Below, in pieces: positions 41,773 through 51,636 of a stretch of 64,000 nt of DNA; the first letter of the stretch is position 1, and each line of letters starts with the position of its first letter. The position numbers and the translations under genes were made by a program. The notes below the pieces were generated by a model. That model worked only from the letters and a program-made list of their open reading frames with translations. It made no database searches and was not told where the DNA came from. Source of the stretch: an uncultured Gemmatimonadales bacterium (GTDB taxonomy: Bacteria > Gemmatimonadota > Gemmatimonadetes > JACCXV01 > JAHWKZ01); assembly GCA_964619975.1 (NCBI GenBank), contig CAZUIY010000042.1, positions 278-64,277 on the forward strand. The letters are read 5' to 3'.

Positions 41773-43995
41773 ATGGAGAACGCACCGAACAGGCGTGTGC
41801 CCCCAATTGGCAAAGACATAGCGTTTGAAACCTATGACCGTATCTGCCGGGATATAAGGAATCAGCCGAAATGGCGGCTGGACTCAGATACTGACGCGGA
41901 CTACTACGATGGATCGCAGATCAGCCAGGAAGTCGAGGCAAGGTTGAGACGTGCCGGAATCCCCCCGCAGGATTCGAATCTCATCAAGCCTACGATCAAC
42001 GCCGTCCTGGGGCTGGAAGCTCGCAGCCGTACCGATTACAAGGTGACGGCAGACGACGAGAGCCAGGAAGAGATCGCGGAAGGGCTATCGGCCAAGATCA
42101 AAGAAATGGAAAGCGAGAGCCGCGCCGACCGGGCCATGTCGGATGCCTACTCGTCAATGATGAGGACCGGCATAGGCTGGATCGAGGTATCACGCGAGAT
42201 TGATCCGAATAAATACCCTTATCGCGTAAGGGAAATTCACCGCAACGAAATATTCTGGGACTGGTCTGCTCGCGAACCTGACCTGTCGGATGCCAGGTAT
42301 CTGAGACGGGATAAGTGGATCGACGTGCCCTACGCCGTCAGCGCATTCCCAAAACACAAGGACCTGATCGAGAACTCCTGGGCTGGCTGGAACACGGTGG
42401 ATGTGTACGACGGCGACAATACCGGGATGGTGCGGGCATATGAGATAGAGCAGCAATGGAGCCACATGCAAGAGGACTATCTCAATCGCCAAGGCGGGAT
42501 GGTCAAACTCTCGGAACTCTGGTACCGATACTTCGAGAACGTGCATGTGTTGTACCTGCCGACAGGTCAGGCCGTTGAATTCAACGAACAGAATCCGTAT
42601 CACCACCAGGCGATAGCCGCAGGACTGGTGCAGGTGCAAAAGGCCATGATGCCGAGGGTGCGGGTATCGATCTGGCTGGGGCCGCACAAGTTGATGGACG
42701 TGCCCACGCCATTGCCGCACGCGAGCTTCCCCTATATCCCCTTCTGGTGCTTCAGGAAGGATCGCAGCCGATCCCCCTATGGCCTGGTGCGCGACATGAG
42801 GGGGCCGCAGGATCAGATCATCGATCTGGATATCCTGCTCTATGAAGTCATGAATTCGGTCAAGGTGGAAGTGGACAATGACGCGCTGGACCTTGCGCAA
42901 AACACTTATCAGGAGATGGCTGAGAACATCAACAGTTTGAGGTCGATCACCATCCTGAATTCGATGAGGCGCAATCCCAACGGCTTCAAGGTCACTCGGG
43001 AATACACGCTTGCAAACCAGATATTCCAGCTAGTGCAGGAACGCAAGCGCAGGATCGAGGAAGTTGCGGGTGTTTACCGCGCCATGCTGGGCGATGCGAC
43101 ACAAGCAAAAAGCGGGGTGGCGATCAATAACCTGGTAGAGCAGGGATCGACCGTACTGGCAGAGCCGAACGACAACTTCCGCTATGCCAGGCGTCAATGC
43201 GGGCAACAATTGCTGGCTTTTGCAATATCCGACATGATCGGCAAGCCTACACAGATTGCGGTGCAGGAAGGGGCGCGGCAACGGATGATCTACTTCAACC
43301 GCGAAGTGATGACGCCGGATGGCCCCGTGGTTGAAAACGACATTGCAATGGCGCAAGTGAAAGTGGTGCTGGAAGACATCCCGGCAACACCTACCTATCG
43401 CGCGCAGCAGTTGCAGGCGTTCACGCAGATTGTGCAGGCAGCGCCCCCTGCGTACCAGGCAGCACTCTATCCGGTCATGCTCGAACTCTCCGATGTTCCG
43501 AACCGCCATGAATTGGCTGACCAGTTGCGCAAGATCGGTAACGTGCCTGGGCGGATGACGCCGGAACAGGAGCAGATCGAGGCGCAGAAAGCCGCACAAG
43601 CCGAACAGATACAGCAACAAATCATCATGCTGGAAATGCAGTTCAAGCAGGCGCAGATAGCGAAGGAACAGGCAAGCGCGATGAAGCTACAGGCAGAAGC
43701 GCAGAGGCTGGGAGCGCCAGAGTCAGGAGGCGATGAAGGGCAACACAACATGCTCAAGATGCAGGCAATGGAGCAGGAGCTTAAATCCCTGCAACAGATG
43801 CAGCAATTGCAGGAGCAGATCGGTCGATTGAAGCTGCAACTGGCGGACAAGTCGGGCGAATTGCAGTTGAAATCCAGGGCGCTCGACATTGAGGAAGAGA
43901 AGGTGCGGGTGGATGCAACCGTCAAGGGCGAGCAGTTGGTGCTTCAGCACGTAGCAGCCAACCGGCCGCAACCACAACCGGGAGCCAAGGCATGA
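41773..43995 (+). CDS. Portal protein with a long C-terminal coiled-coil (barrel-like) extension
   Basis: It is 740 aa and follows terL. DADYYDGSQISQE and a Q/E-rich helical tail (aa about 600-720) recall P22-type portals. Confidence 0.78.
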   Translation: MENAPNRRVPPIGKDIAFETYDRICRDIRNQPKWRLDSDTDADYYDGSQISQEVEARLRRAGIPPQDSNLIKPTINAVLGLEARSRTDYKVTADDESQEEIAEGLSAKIKEMESESRADRAMSDAYSSMMRTGIGWIEVSREIDPNKYPYRVREIHRNEIFWDWSAREPDLSDARYLRRDKWIDVPYAVSAFPKHKDLIENSWAGWNTVDVYDGDNTGMVRAYEIEQQWSHMQEDYLNRQGGMVKLSELWYRYFENVHVLYLPTGQAVEFNEQNPYHHQAIAAGLVQVQKAMMPRVRVSIWLGPHKLMDVPTPLPHASFPYIPFWCFRKDRSRSPYGLVRDMRGPQDQIIDLDILLYEVMNSVKVEVDNDALDLAQNTYQEMAENINSLRSITILNSMRRNPNGFKVTREYTLANQIFQLVQERKRRIEEVAGVYRAMLGDATQAKSGVAINNLVEQGSTVLAEPNDNFRYARRQCGQQLLAFAISDMIGKPTQIAVQEGARQRMIYFNREVMTPDGPVVENDIAMAQVKVVLEDIPATPTYRAQQLQAFTQIVQAAPPAYQAALYPVMLELSDVPNRHELADQLRKIGNVPGRMTPEQEQIEAQKAAQAEQIQQQIIMLEMQFKQAQIAKEQASAMKLQAEAQRLGAPESGGDEGQHNMLKMQAMEQELKSLQQMQQLQEQIGRLKLQLADKSGELQLKSRALDIEEEKVRVDATVKGEQLVLQHVAANRPQPQPGAKA

Positions 43996-44020
43996 CATTC
44001 GAGGAAGAGGCGACAGGCCC

Positions 44021-45289
44021 ATGATCAGATTCATAGACAAGGCATTCATCGGCGGGACGCTTTTTGACCGGGGGATGATCGCGCAATTCGACGCCAAGAC
44101 GGAAGCGGACCTGATCGCGGATGGTGACGCGCTTGAATACGTCATCGAAGTCAGCGGAGTCATTGAAACGGCCAATCATGCGCTGACCGCTGATAGTGCC
44201 ACGACCGCCGTCAATGCAACGAACGCCACCAACGCAAACTATGCCACCAACGCAAACTATGCGACGAGCGCCGGGACCGCGCTGACTGCAAACACGGCCG
44301 GGAGTGCTACCAGCGCGCAAACTGCGCAAACGGCCAATTCCGCGAATGTCGCAAACACGGCCGGGAGTGCCGCGACCGCCGAGACAGCTGCGTCGGCAAG
44401 CCATGCAACCACGGCGGACACGGCAACGACAGCAGAACACGCAACGACCGCGACGACGGCAACGAACGCGACACTGGCAGCGAACGCCACGAATGCGGAG
44501 CGGGCGACACTGGCAGACAGCGCGACCGTGGCGCTCATTACGCCGATCCATCCGTACTACCACTTTCACGGCTACGCGGGGAGACAGTATGCCGGGGACG
44601 GAAAATTTTTCGATATATCAGGGATCAATCACGGCGCAAGGGGAGTGCATCTCTCTGATGCCGCGATGTTCGCAAACCCGGGATATGTCTCGACCGTTGA
44701 CCCGGTTTCTGGTTCGACAGATTCCGTTATCCGGATGCCTGCCGTCAATTTCGATTACGAAGGCGGGGAAACGCTCCTTGTCTGGTGGCTGGGGATGGCA
44801 ACGTCAGAAGGATCGCAGCAATACATTGTGGGCGATGGATACTCAACGACTGTAAAAGGCTGGGGGGCCACAGCCACGTCAACACAGAAGCTTCAGATCA
44901 TTACAAACGGCGCGACTCAGGGATACGGAGGGATGAGCAACAACACAATCTTCGATGGAACGCTGCATGATTTCGCGTTCGTGCTGGACGGCCAGAACAA
45001 AAAATACTCGATGTGGACGGACGGGTCGCTTGATTTGAGTTTTGCCGCTTCAGGCTACCGGGATTTCAACCTGGGGAGCGACTACGACACGAAGACAGCC
45101 AACACGGTCAACATCGGGGCGGGAAGTCCGGCTCCTGGTGGTACGTCCGGAATCGCGGTCAAGACCCGGGCGCTGGTCATCATGCGTTTGCCGGTAGGCT
45201 ATCCCGTTCCATCGGCGGCGGTACTCACCAATATTTTTCGGCAACTGCGCGCCAATCCCGACAAACTGGTACTTGCGAGCGCATTCTGA
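44021..45289 (+). CDS. Fibre-like protein: Ala/Thr/Asn repeat tract plus a ConA/LamG-like jelly-roll C-terminal domain
   Basis: The repeat tract lies at aa about 50-170 (ATNATNANYATNANYATSAGTALTANTAGSA...). The LamG-like block reads DGTLHDFAFVLDGQNKKYSMWTDGSLD. Confidence 0.55.
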   Translation: MIRFIDKAFIGGTLFDRGMIAQFDAKTEADLIADGDALEYVIEVSGVIETANHALTADSATTAVNATNATNANYATNANYATSAGTALTANTAGSATSAQTAQTANSANVANTAGSAATAETAASASHATTADTATTAEHATTATTATNATLAANATNAERATLADSATVALITPIHPYYHFHGYAGRQYAGDGKFFDISGINHGARGVHLSDAAMFANPGYVSTVDPVSGSTDSVIRMPAVNFDYEGGETLLVWWLGMATSEGSQQYIVGDGYSTTVKGWGATATSTQKLQIITNGATQGYGGMSNNTIFDGTLHDFAFVLDGQNKKYSMWTDGSLDLSFAASGYRDFNLGSDYDTKTANTVNIGAGSPAPGGTSGIAVKTRALVIMRLPVGYPVPSAAVLTNIFRQLRANPDKLVLASAF

Positions 45290-46032
45290 TGACACAGATA
45301 CTCAACCTACCTTTTCAAAGCGCGGCTGATTTTTCAAACTGCCGCTGGCTTGCCGCCAATGGCATTTTCCAGGCAGGCAGTACGCTTCCGAACGGCATTA
45401 CAGATCATATTTTCATCGAGAACAACGCCTGCAAGCTCTTGCTGAATACAGTGACGGACGCACCGGACTCGTCAGGCTGGATGCGTACCGAAGTCGATTT
45501 TGGGGATTTTCCAACTGCATTTGGTGAAGTCTGGTCAACATTTGAGTTCAAGTACGACTGGACATTTACAAACTACATCGTAATCGGAAGCTGGTCTGTC
45601 ATGATCAGCGGGGCGTCCGGAACGACATACGTTCCGATAGGCTTCAGAATTCGGGACAACTGCCTTGTGATACAGGCCCCCCTCGATCTCGGGGTGATAG
45701 GATTCAGCAACCAGGATTTGGCCGTGATCCCGATTCAACCGGGAACGTGGTATCAAGTATGCGCACATTCAAACCTTCAGTCAGGCGCGACCGGTTTCCG
45801 TGAAATCCTGCTCGATGGTGTGCCGATCTTCCGGCAATGGAACGCGCCTACCACCTATGTCGATGCAACGGCGCATTACTTCAAAGTGGGACCATACGAC
45901 GGGTTGCATACAAAAATGTTCACCGAAGCAATCATGCATATCCGCAATGTGACCATGTGGACCGGCAATGACGGATACCAGGCCGTGATAGGAGGCGTCC
46001 CCAGGACACCCCGCAGGCTGGTGCAAGGGTAA
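45289..46032 (+). CDS. Jelly-roll protein resembling polysaccharide lyases (possible depolymerase)
   Basis: The motif AHYFKVGPYDG resembles the YFKAGxY motif of PL7-type lyases. The rest is beta-rich. The call is tentative. Confidence 0.4.
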   Translation: MTQILNLPFQSAADFSNCRWLAANGIFQAGSTLPNGITDHIFIENNACKLLLNTVTDAPDSSGWMRTEVDFGDFPTAFGEVWSTFEFKYDWTFTNYIVIGSWSVMISGASGTTYVPIGFRIRDNCLVIQAPLDLGVIGFSNQDLAVIPIQPGTWYQVCAHSNLQSGATGFREILLDGVPIFRQWNAPTTYVDATAHYFKVGPYDGLHTKMFTEAIMHIRNVTMWTGNDGYQAVIGGVPRTPRRLVQG

Positions 46033-46051
46033 AGACACACAAGTTTTCACG

Positions 46052-46076
46052 AAAGCCGCTTCCGGGCGGCTTTTTT
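46052..46076 (+). terminator. Intrinsic terminator after the jelly-roll gene pair
   Basis: The stem-loop is AAAGCCGC-TTCCGG-GCGGCTTT, followed by a T6 run. Confidence 0.65.
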
Positions 46077-46176
46077 ATTGCCCGCAAGGGCCGCGCTCAC
46101 GGCGATACCGTAGTTTTTTTCAACCATTTCCGCGCAGGCGGAACCCGCTCACTGGGTCAAGCAGTTGGAGACAGGC

Positions 46177-47169
46177 ATGGAACTCAACGACGAACAGATA
46201 GCAAAGCTCACACCGGAGCAGATTACGGAGTACGAGGACAACCCCGAAGCACGGGAGAAAATCCTGGCAAGTCTCAAATCAGACGAGGAAACCGAAGACA
46301 CGCCCGAACAGGAAGAGGAAGACGCGGCTAACGGCGAGGGTGAAGAGGAAGAATCGGAAGAAGAGGAACAGGCCGAACCTGAACAGGAGGATGAGCCGGT
46401 CGTTCTGACCAAGAGTGGCAAGGGCATCATCCCTTATGAAAAGCACAAGGAACTGAGGATGGAAGTCGCCACCCTGCGGGACAAGCTCGCCGGGATGGAA
46501 AAGACGAAAGCCGAACTGGAAACGCTCAAGGCAAAAATCAGAGAAGCAGGTACGCCGGGGCGAAGAGCCGATATCCAGAAGAAGCTGGAAGAGCGGATTG
46601 CAACGATGAAGGAGGATTTCCCCGACATAGGCAATTCGATGGACGACTTCAACCAGATGTTCTCCGACCTGGTACAGCAGATCGAATCGGACAAGGCCGA
46701 AGCCAAGGCCAAGGCCGAGGAGGAAGCGCAACTGCGGGTGCGGACTGTGCAGGAACAGGTTCAGGAAGCCAAGGAAAACAACCCCGATCTGATGCATTGG
46801 GAGGCACACGACGAGGACGCATGGAATGAGGCCATGATGCAGGATGAAATCCTGCGCAATCAACCGAAGTGGGCGAGAAAGTCGTACGAAGAGCGCTTTG
46901 CTGAAGTCGTCAAACGGGTTCGCGCAATCATGCCGGACGCTTCCGAACCCAAACGTGCAGAGCCACCGGAAAAAACCAGGGAAAAGGCAAAGGCCAAACT
47001 GGAAAAGGCGGTGGAGAAAAAACCCACAACCCTGTCCGACATTCAGGGCGGCGGAACACCCATGTCTGAGCGGGACCAGATTGAGAACCTGTCGCCACAT
47101 GAGCTGGCGGCAAAACTCATGAGGATGCCCGCGCAGCAGCAAGCCGCGCTGAGGGCGGAACTCGATTAA
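46177..47169 (+). CDS. Scaffolding protein
   Basis: The ATG at 46177 follows GGAGA. The protein is highly acidic with coiled coils and lies directly upstream of the capsid gene. Confidence 0.65.
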   Translation: MELNDEQIAKLTPEQITEYEDNPEAREKILASLKSDEETEDTPEQEEEDAANGEGEEEESEEEEQAEPEQEDEPVVLTKSGKGIIPYEKHKELRMEVATLRDKLAGMEKTKAELETLKAKIREAGTPGRRADIQKKLEERIATMKEDFPDIGNSMDDFNQMFSDLVQQIESDKAEAKAKAEEEAQLRVRTVQEQVQEAKENNPDLMHWEAHDEDAWNEAMMQDEILRNQPKWARKSYEERFAEVVKRVRAIMPDASEPKRAEPPEKTREKAKAKLEKAVEKKPTTLSDIQGGGTPMSERDQIENLSPHELAAKLMRMPAQQQAALRAELD

Positions 47170-47182
47170 ATAGGAAAAGGAA

Positions 47183-48454
47183 ATGGCTGAGACAAACGTA
47201 CCGAGCGGAAGCTCGATTGCAATAAAGCACTATTCGGCGGCACTGTTCGCCAATACGCTCCGTGGCACGACTGCCATGGAAAACCTCATGGGGCCGGTCA
47301 ATCCGTCCGCTGCCATGGAAAAAGTGGCAGGCCAGACCGATCCGGGCGTGCCTATCGTGAGAATCGACAATCTCATGAAGAACCCCGGTGATGTGGTATC
47401 GCTGGACCTCATTGACACGATCAGCGGGGAGCCGTTGATAGGAGACGTGAATCGTGAAGGCAAGGGCGTGCCGCTGTCGTTCACGAGTCAGGAAATCCGG
47501 ATCGATCTTGCATCCAAAGTGGTGGACGCTGGCGGCTCCATGAGCCAGCAGCGCACCAAGCACAACCTGCGCGAGATTGCCCTGGCGCAACTGTCGGGCT
47601 ACTTTCCACGGCTCGACACGCAGGAATCGCTGGTGCATCTGGCAGGTGCGCGGGGTTCTCAAGCCGGGGTAGACTGGACGATCCCGCTTCAATCTGCCGC
47701 GAACTTCAACACGGTCATGATCAACCCGGTCAAGGCTCCGACCTATAACCGGCATTATGTCGTCAACGGCGCGAACCTCACGCAAGGCGGACAGCAATTG
47801 GGGTCGATCACTTCGACCGATCTGTTCAAACTCACGCACCTGGATCAACTGCGCAAGCGGCTGGACGACATGGATCAGCCGATCCAGTCCGTGAAGCTCG
47901 CGGGCGACCGGGCTGCGCAGACTTCCAAGATGTGGGTATTCCTGGCTACTCCGAACCAGTATTCAATATTGCTCACGGAAGGAAGCCTGAGAGCGTTCCA
48001 GCAGCACGCAGTAAACCGGGCGAGTTATTTCGATACGCGCCATCCACTCTTCGCTGGCGAAGTGGGTATGTGGAACGGGATTCTTGTCATCAAGAACGAA
48101 CGCGCCATCCGTTTCCTGCCTTCCGAGTCTACCAAGATCGTTACGGCGGCAAACGCCGCAACTGCAACGGAGACGGATCAGGCTGTGAACGCATCCCTTG
48201 GCGCAGGCTACGCGGTAGAGCGTGGATTGCTTCTCGGAGCGCAGGCGCTGGGGGTTGCCTACGGGAAAACCAAGGTGTCAGGCATGCAGTACGGATGGAA
48301 GGAACACTGGTACAACTTCGAGAGCAACCTTGAAGTCATGGGCGAAAAGGTGTGCGGGAAAGCCAAGATTCGGCTCAATATTGCCGATGGTACCGGCGCA
48401 AAAATCCCCACGGACTTCGGTGTCATCGCCGTGGATTCCGCCGTACCGCTCTAA
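47183..48454 (+). CDS. Major capsid protein
   Basis: It is 423 aa, follows the scaffold gene, and is followed by stem-loops. Its N-terminal region recalls the N4 gp56-type capsid family; this is from memory and unverified. Confidence 0.8.
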   Translation: MAETNVPSGSSIAIKHYSAALFANTLRGTTAMENLMGPVNPSAAMEKVAGQTDPGVPIVRIDNLMKNPGDVVSLDLIDTISGEPLIGDVNREGKGVPLSFTSQEIRIDLASKVVDAGGSMSQQRTKHNLREIALAQLSGYFPRLDTQESLVHLAGARGSQAGVDWTIPLQSAANFNTVMINPVKAPTYNRHYVVNGANLTQGGQQLGSITSTDLFKLTHLDQLRKRLDDMDQPIQSVKLAGDRAAQTSKMWVFLATPNQYSILLTEGSLRAFQQHAVNRASYFDTRHPLFAGEVGMWNGILVIKNERAIRFLPSESTKIVTAANAATATETDQAVNASLGAGYAVERGLLLGAQALGVAYGKTKVSGMQYGWKEHWYNFESNLEVMGEKVCGKAKIRLNIADGTGAKIPTDFGVIAVDSAVPL

Positions 48455-48463
48455 TGAATTGCA

Positions 48464-48491
48464 GAATCCTCTAGCTTATTTCAGAGGATTC
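48464..48491 (+). other. Perfect 9-bp-stem hairpin immediately after the capsid gene
   Basis: GAATCCTCT (48464-48472) pairs with AGAGGATTC (48483-48491). There is no clear T-run. Confidence 0.6.
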
Positions 48492-48533
48492 CAGTTCATT
48501 CCAATGGATTTTAATTAATTTCAGGAGTTTTCA

Positions 48534-48977
48534 ATGGCAACTTTCGACGCAGCCGACCTCGGCACGAAACCCCGGCACCTGGGGCGATATGGAAATGGCA
48601 CTGTGGTTTGGGGGTCAGTCTCTCCGACGGCAGGCGCACTCAACGATGTTTACCGCCCACTAATCATTCCGGGCGGACTGGAAGTAACCGAAATCCGGAT
48701 CAATTTTCCGGATATGGATACAGGCGGAACGACCTTCGCCGTCAAGATTGGATATGCGCCAGTCGATGCGGATGCAGGGCCGACGGCAGACGATGATTAC
48801 TTCTCTGCCGCGACTACTGTGCTTACCGGCACAACTGGAAGCCTGTGGCTTACGTTCGATCCCATCAAGTTCGAAAAGCCTGTGTTCCTGACATTCACCG
48901 TCTCCGTCGCTGCCACTGCCTTCGCTACCGGCAAGATCGTTGCGAAAGTCTACGGAGACGGGCTGGGTATCAAATAA
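48534..48977 (+). CDS. Hypothetical virion protein (possible decoration protein)
   Basis: It has a strong SD, is beta-rich, and lies between the capsid gene and a strong terminator. Confidence 0.45.
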   Translation: MATFDAADLGTKPRHLGRYGNGTVVWGSVSPTAGALNDVYRPLIIPGGLEVTEIRINFPDMDTGGTTFAVKIGYAPVDADAGPTADDDYFSAATTVLTGTTGSLWLTFDPIKFEKPVFLTFTVSVAATAFATGKIVAKVYGDGLGIK

Positions 48978-48996
48978 GTTCTCCTTGCTGGGCATG

Positions 48997-49031
48997 TGGG
49001 CGCTCTTGTGGTGGGGGCGCCCATTTTTTTT
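48997..49031 (+). terminator. Intrinsic terminator
   Basis: The stem TGGGCGC (48997-49003) pairs with GCGCCCA (49017-49023), followed by a T8 run at 49024-49031. Confidence 0.7.
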
Positions 49032-49041
49032 GGAGCCAATA

Positions 49042-49419
49042 ATGCGTATCAAATACATAGGCAATTGCGTCAAGACCGACAGCATCACTGGCGTGGGGCT
49101 GCAATGGGAACCCGGTCAGGAACGGGAAGTCACCGGCACGGTGGGAGCGCATCTTCTGCAATTCCCCGACACATGGCGCGAAGTCAAGACCCAGAAGGAT
49201 GATGACGAAAAGGAAGAAGCCCAAGAAGCCATAGGGATCATGGAAACCGACACGCCAAAAGAGGAACCGCTCGAAATGATCGATTTCCATGGCATGACGA
49301 AGGATCAGCTCATCGAATTTTCCATGGACAGGTGGGGCGAGAAAATCGACAAGCGCAAAAACCTGGGCGATATACGGCAGCGTGTGATTGAACGGCATAC
49401 GCAGGAGCAGAATCCCTGA
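49042..49419 (+). CDS. Hypothetical protein (125 aa)
   Basis: Internal start MRIKYIGN after the terminator. Confidence 0.45.
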   Translation: MRIKYIGNCVKTDSITGVGLQWEPGQEREVTGTVGAHLLQFPDTWREVKTQKDDDEKEEAQEAIGIMETDTPKEEPLEMIDFHGMTKDQLIEFSMDRWGEKIDKRKNLGDIRQRVIERHTQEQNP

Positions 49420-49751
49420 TGCCGTTTACCTACCAGTCTGTCGTTGATCTGGCCCGAGCGCCCTTGAACGACTCGGACAAGACGCGGTATTCCGATGACG
49501 ATCTGCTCATGTTCGCCAACCACGGGATGCTGGCACTCACGAAACGGCGACCTGATCTCTTCATTGGCCAGTTCTCAAGCCTGCCGACAGGGGAAGAAAC
49601 ACTGACAGATCCTTTCCCCATTGGCGCGGAATACGTGCAACTGCTGGCTGATTGGGTAACGGCACGGGCGGAAATGACAGATGACGAACACGCCAACTCG
49701 GGACGTGCTGCCGCATTCGTCAACCTGTTCGGCTCGGAGGCTCAGCTATGA
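49419..49751 (+). CDS. Possible head-tail connector/adaptor protein
   Basis: It is 110 aa. The call rests on position and a gp6-like pattern (DLARAPLNDSDKTRYSDDDLLMFANHG). It is tentative. Confidence 0.4.
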   Translation: MPFTYQSVVDLARAPLNDSDKTRYSDDDLLMFANHGMLALTKRRPDLFIGQFSSLPTGEETLTDPFPIGAEYVQLLADWVTARAEMTDDEHANSGRAAAFVNLFGSEAQL

Positions 49752-50371
49752 CTCCATGGAGCGCATTCTTCGATCTATTGGCAACCGAAGTGCCGGGATG
49801 CCCGCAGGAGGCACAGACAAACGCGCTACGACAGTCTGCCATCACGTTCTGCGAATGCTCCATGGTGTGGGAATACGATCATCCGGATGTGCCCATCGTA
49901 AACGGTACGGCGCGATACCTGTTTGACCCGCCGGATGATGCCGTGGTGCACCTTGTCACTCACGCGGAGTTCAACGAACGCGAACTGGAAGTGAACGTGA
50001 TGGAGCACGATATTCGCATCTGGAACTGGCGCAATAAGACCGGGTTTCCCGAATACGTGCTGGGCGGGCCGCTTGCCTTTACGCTGGCTCCAAAGCCTGA
50101 CATCGATGGCACACTCACACTCGACGTGATCCTGAAGCCATCGCACATCGCCACCGGGATTGAGGACTTCATCTTCAACGAGTACGCGGAACCTATCGTT
50201 CACGGTGCCAAGGCGCGGCTCATGCGAAGCCCCAAGAAGCCATATACCGACATGGGTCTGTCCACTTACTACGAGAGCATGTTCCGCATAGAGACTGCGC
50301 GGGCGGGACTTCGGGCGTCGCGGGATCACTCGCGTGCGCCGGTTGAAACCAGGTTGATGAAGAGGCGATAG
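49748..50371 (+). CDS. Hypothetical virion protein (207 aa)
   Basis: It is coupled within the structural operon. Confidence 0.45.
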   Translation: MTPWSAFFDLLATEVPGCPQEAQTNALRQSAITFCECSMVWEYDHPDVPIVNGTARYLFDPPDDAVVHLVTHAEFNERELEVNVMEHDIRIWNWRNKTGFPEYVLGGPLAFTLAPKPDIDGTLTLDVILKPSHIATGIEDFIFNEYAEPIVHGAKARLMRSPKKPYTDMGLSTYYESMFRIETARAGLRASRDHSRAPVETRLMKRR

Positions 50372-51292
50372 ATGGGGCTTAAATTCACCAATTTCGGGCG
50401 CGCTGTAATAAGCTCAGCGCCTTCCGGGACCACTGGCCTGAGTTTCACCGTGGAAGCCGGGAAGGGCTTGCTGTTTCCGGTGCTGGCTCCGGGGGATTAC
50501 TTCTACGGAATCTTCAAGGACGCATCCGGCAACCATGAGATCGTCAAGGTCGAGACGCGAACAACCGACACGATGACCATAGCAGCGGGCGGACGTGGAC
50601 TGGATGGCACGAATGCCCGTACGTGGGTGGCTGGGGATTACTTTGTCGCCGGACTCACAAACGCCGCGCTTCAGGAATCGCTCACGAATGACAATCTGGT
50701 GGCGCTGGCCGCGCTTTCATCCAGCGCAGACAAGCTTCCGTATTTTTCCAGCGTGGCAGAGGCTGCGCTCACATCGTTCACGCCGTTTGCCCGCCAGTTG
50801 CTCGATGATGCGGACGCTGCAACGATGCGCAATACGCTGGGGGTTACTTCCGCCATAACTGCGGCAATCAATGCCGCAGTTATCCCATCCGGCACGAAAA
50901 TGCTGTTCTGTCAGGCCAATGCGCCTACCGGGTGGGTTAAAGACACGTCTGCCTATAATCACGCGATCCGGATTGTCGGGACCGCTGGCGGAACGACTGG
51001 CGGAACCGTGGCGTTTACCGATGCATTCCGGAACCAGGGCGTATATGGATCGGTGTCAAATACCACTTTGGCGGAATGGCAAATGCCAGTTCACGCCCAT
51101 TCCGTCCCCCTCCAAAGTTGGGCAATGCACGCTGGAAATAGCGGCCCTTGGGATACCCCGCTCTACAACGGGACTTCTTCGGCATGGACAAATTACAGCG
51201 GAGGCGGTGGGGCGCACAACCACGGGTTCACTGGCACGGCAATAAACATGAATGTTTATTACGTCACCATGATCCTTGCGACTAAAAGCTGA
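50372..51292 (+). CDS. Tail fibre protein with a tail-collar-like C-terminal domain
   Basis: GTKMLFCQANAPTGWVKD, MPVHAHSV and GGGGAHNHGFTG resemble the phage tail collar (MdpB-like) domain. Confidence 0.6.
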   Translation: MGLKFTNFGRAVISSAPSGTTGLSFTVEAGKGLLFPVLAPGDYFYGIFKDASGNHEIVKVETRTTDTMTIAAGGRGLDGTNARTWVAGDYFVAGLTNAALQESLTNDNLVALAALSSSADKLPYFSSVAEAALTSFTPFARQLLDDADAATMRNTLGVTSAITAAINAAVIPSGTKMLFCQANAPTGWVKDTSAYNHAIRIVGTAGGTTGGTVAFTDAFRNQGVYGSVSNTTLAEWQMPVHAHSVPLQSWAMHAGNSGPWDTPLYNGTSSAWTNYSGGGGAHNHGFTGTAINMNVYYVTMILATKS

Positions 51293-51636
51293 TGGAAACG
51301 CGAGTTGCTGAATGTCCCCTCGGGGCGAAATGCGAAGAATTGAAGGAAGAGAACGGCAAGCCTGTTCTTTACCGCTGCCCGTGGTACATCAAGATCATGG
51401 GGCGCGATCCGAATACCGGAAAAGAGATTGATAACTGGGGCTGCGCGATTGCATGGATGCCCGCTCTCATGATCAACACGGCAAACGAAGCGCGCCAGGG
51501 GGCGGCTGCAACCGAATCCTTCCGGAATGAAATGGTCAAGCAGGGAGAAACAACTCAAAAGGTCATGCTGCTGGCCGCGCAAATGCGCACCCGGCGCGAT
51601 GACGATCTATTGGAGCAACGCGAAATATGCGAATGA
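51292..51636 (+). CDS. Hypothetical protein (114 aa)
   Basis: It has a coupled start. Confidence 0.45.
   Translation: METRVAECPLGAKCEELKEENGKPVLYRCPWYIKIMGRDPNTGKEIDNWGCAIAWMPALMINTANEARQGAAATESFRNEMVKQGETTQKVMLLAAQMRTRRDDDLLEQREICE

Noticed and set aside
43922-44569. A 215-aa Arg/Cys-rich ORF and a 93-aa Ala/Val-rich ORF on the minus strand.
   Set aside because: They are by-products of the triplet-periodic Ala/Thr/Asn-coding tract of the plus-strand fibre-like gene. Their composition is implausible for a real protein.
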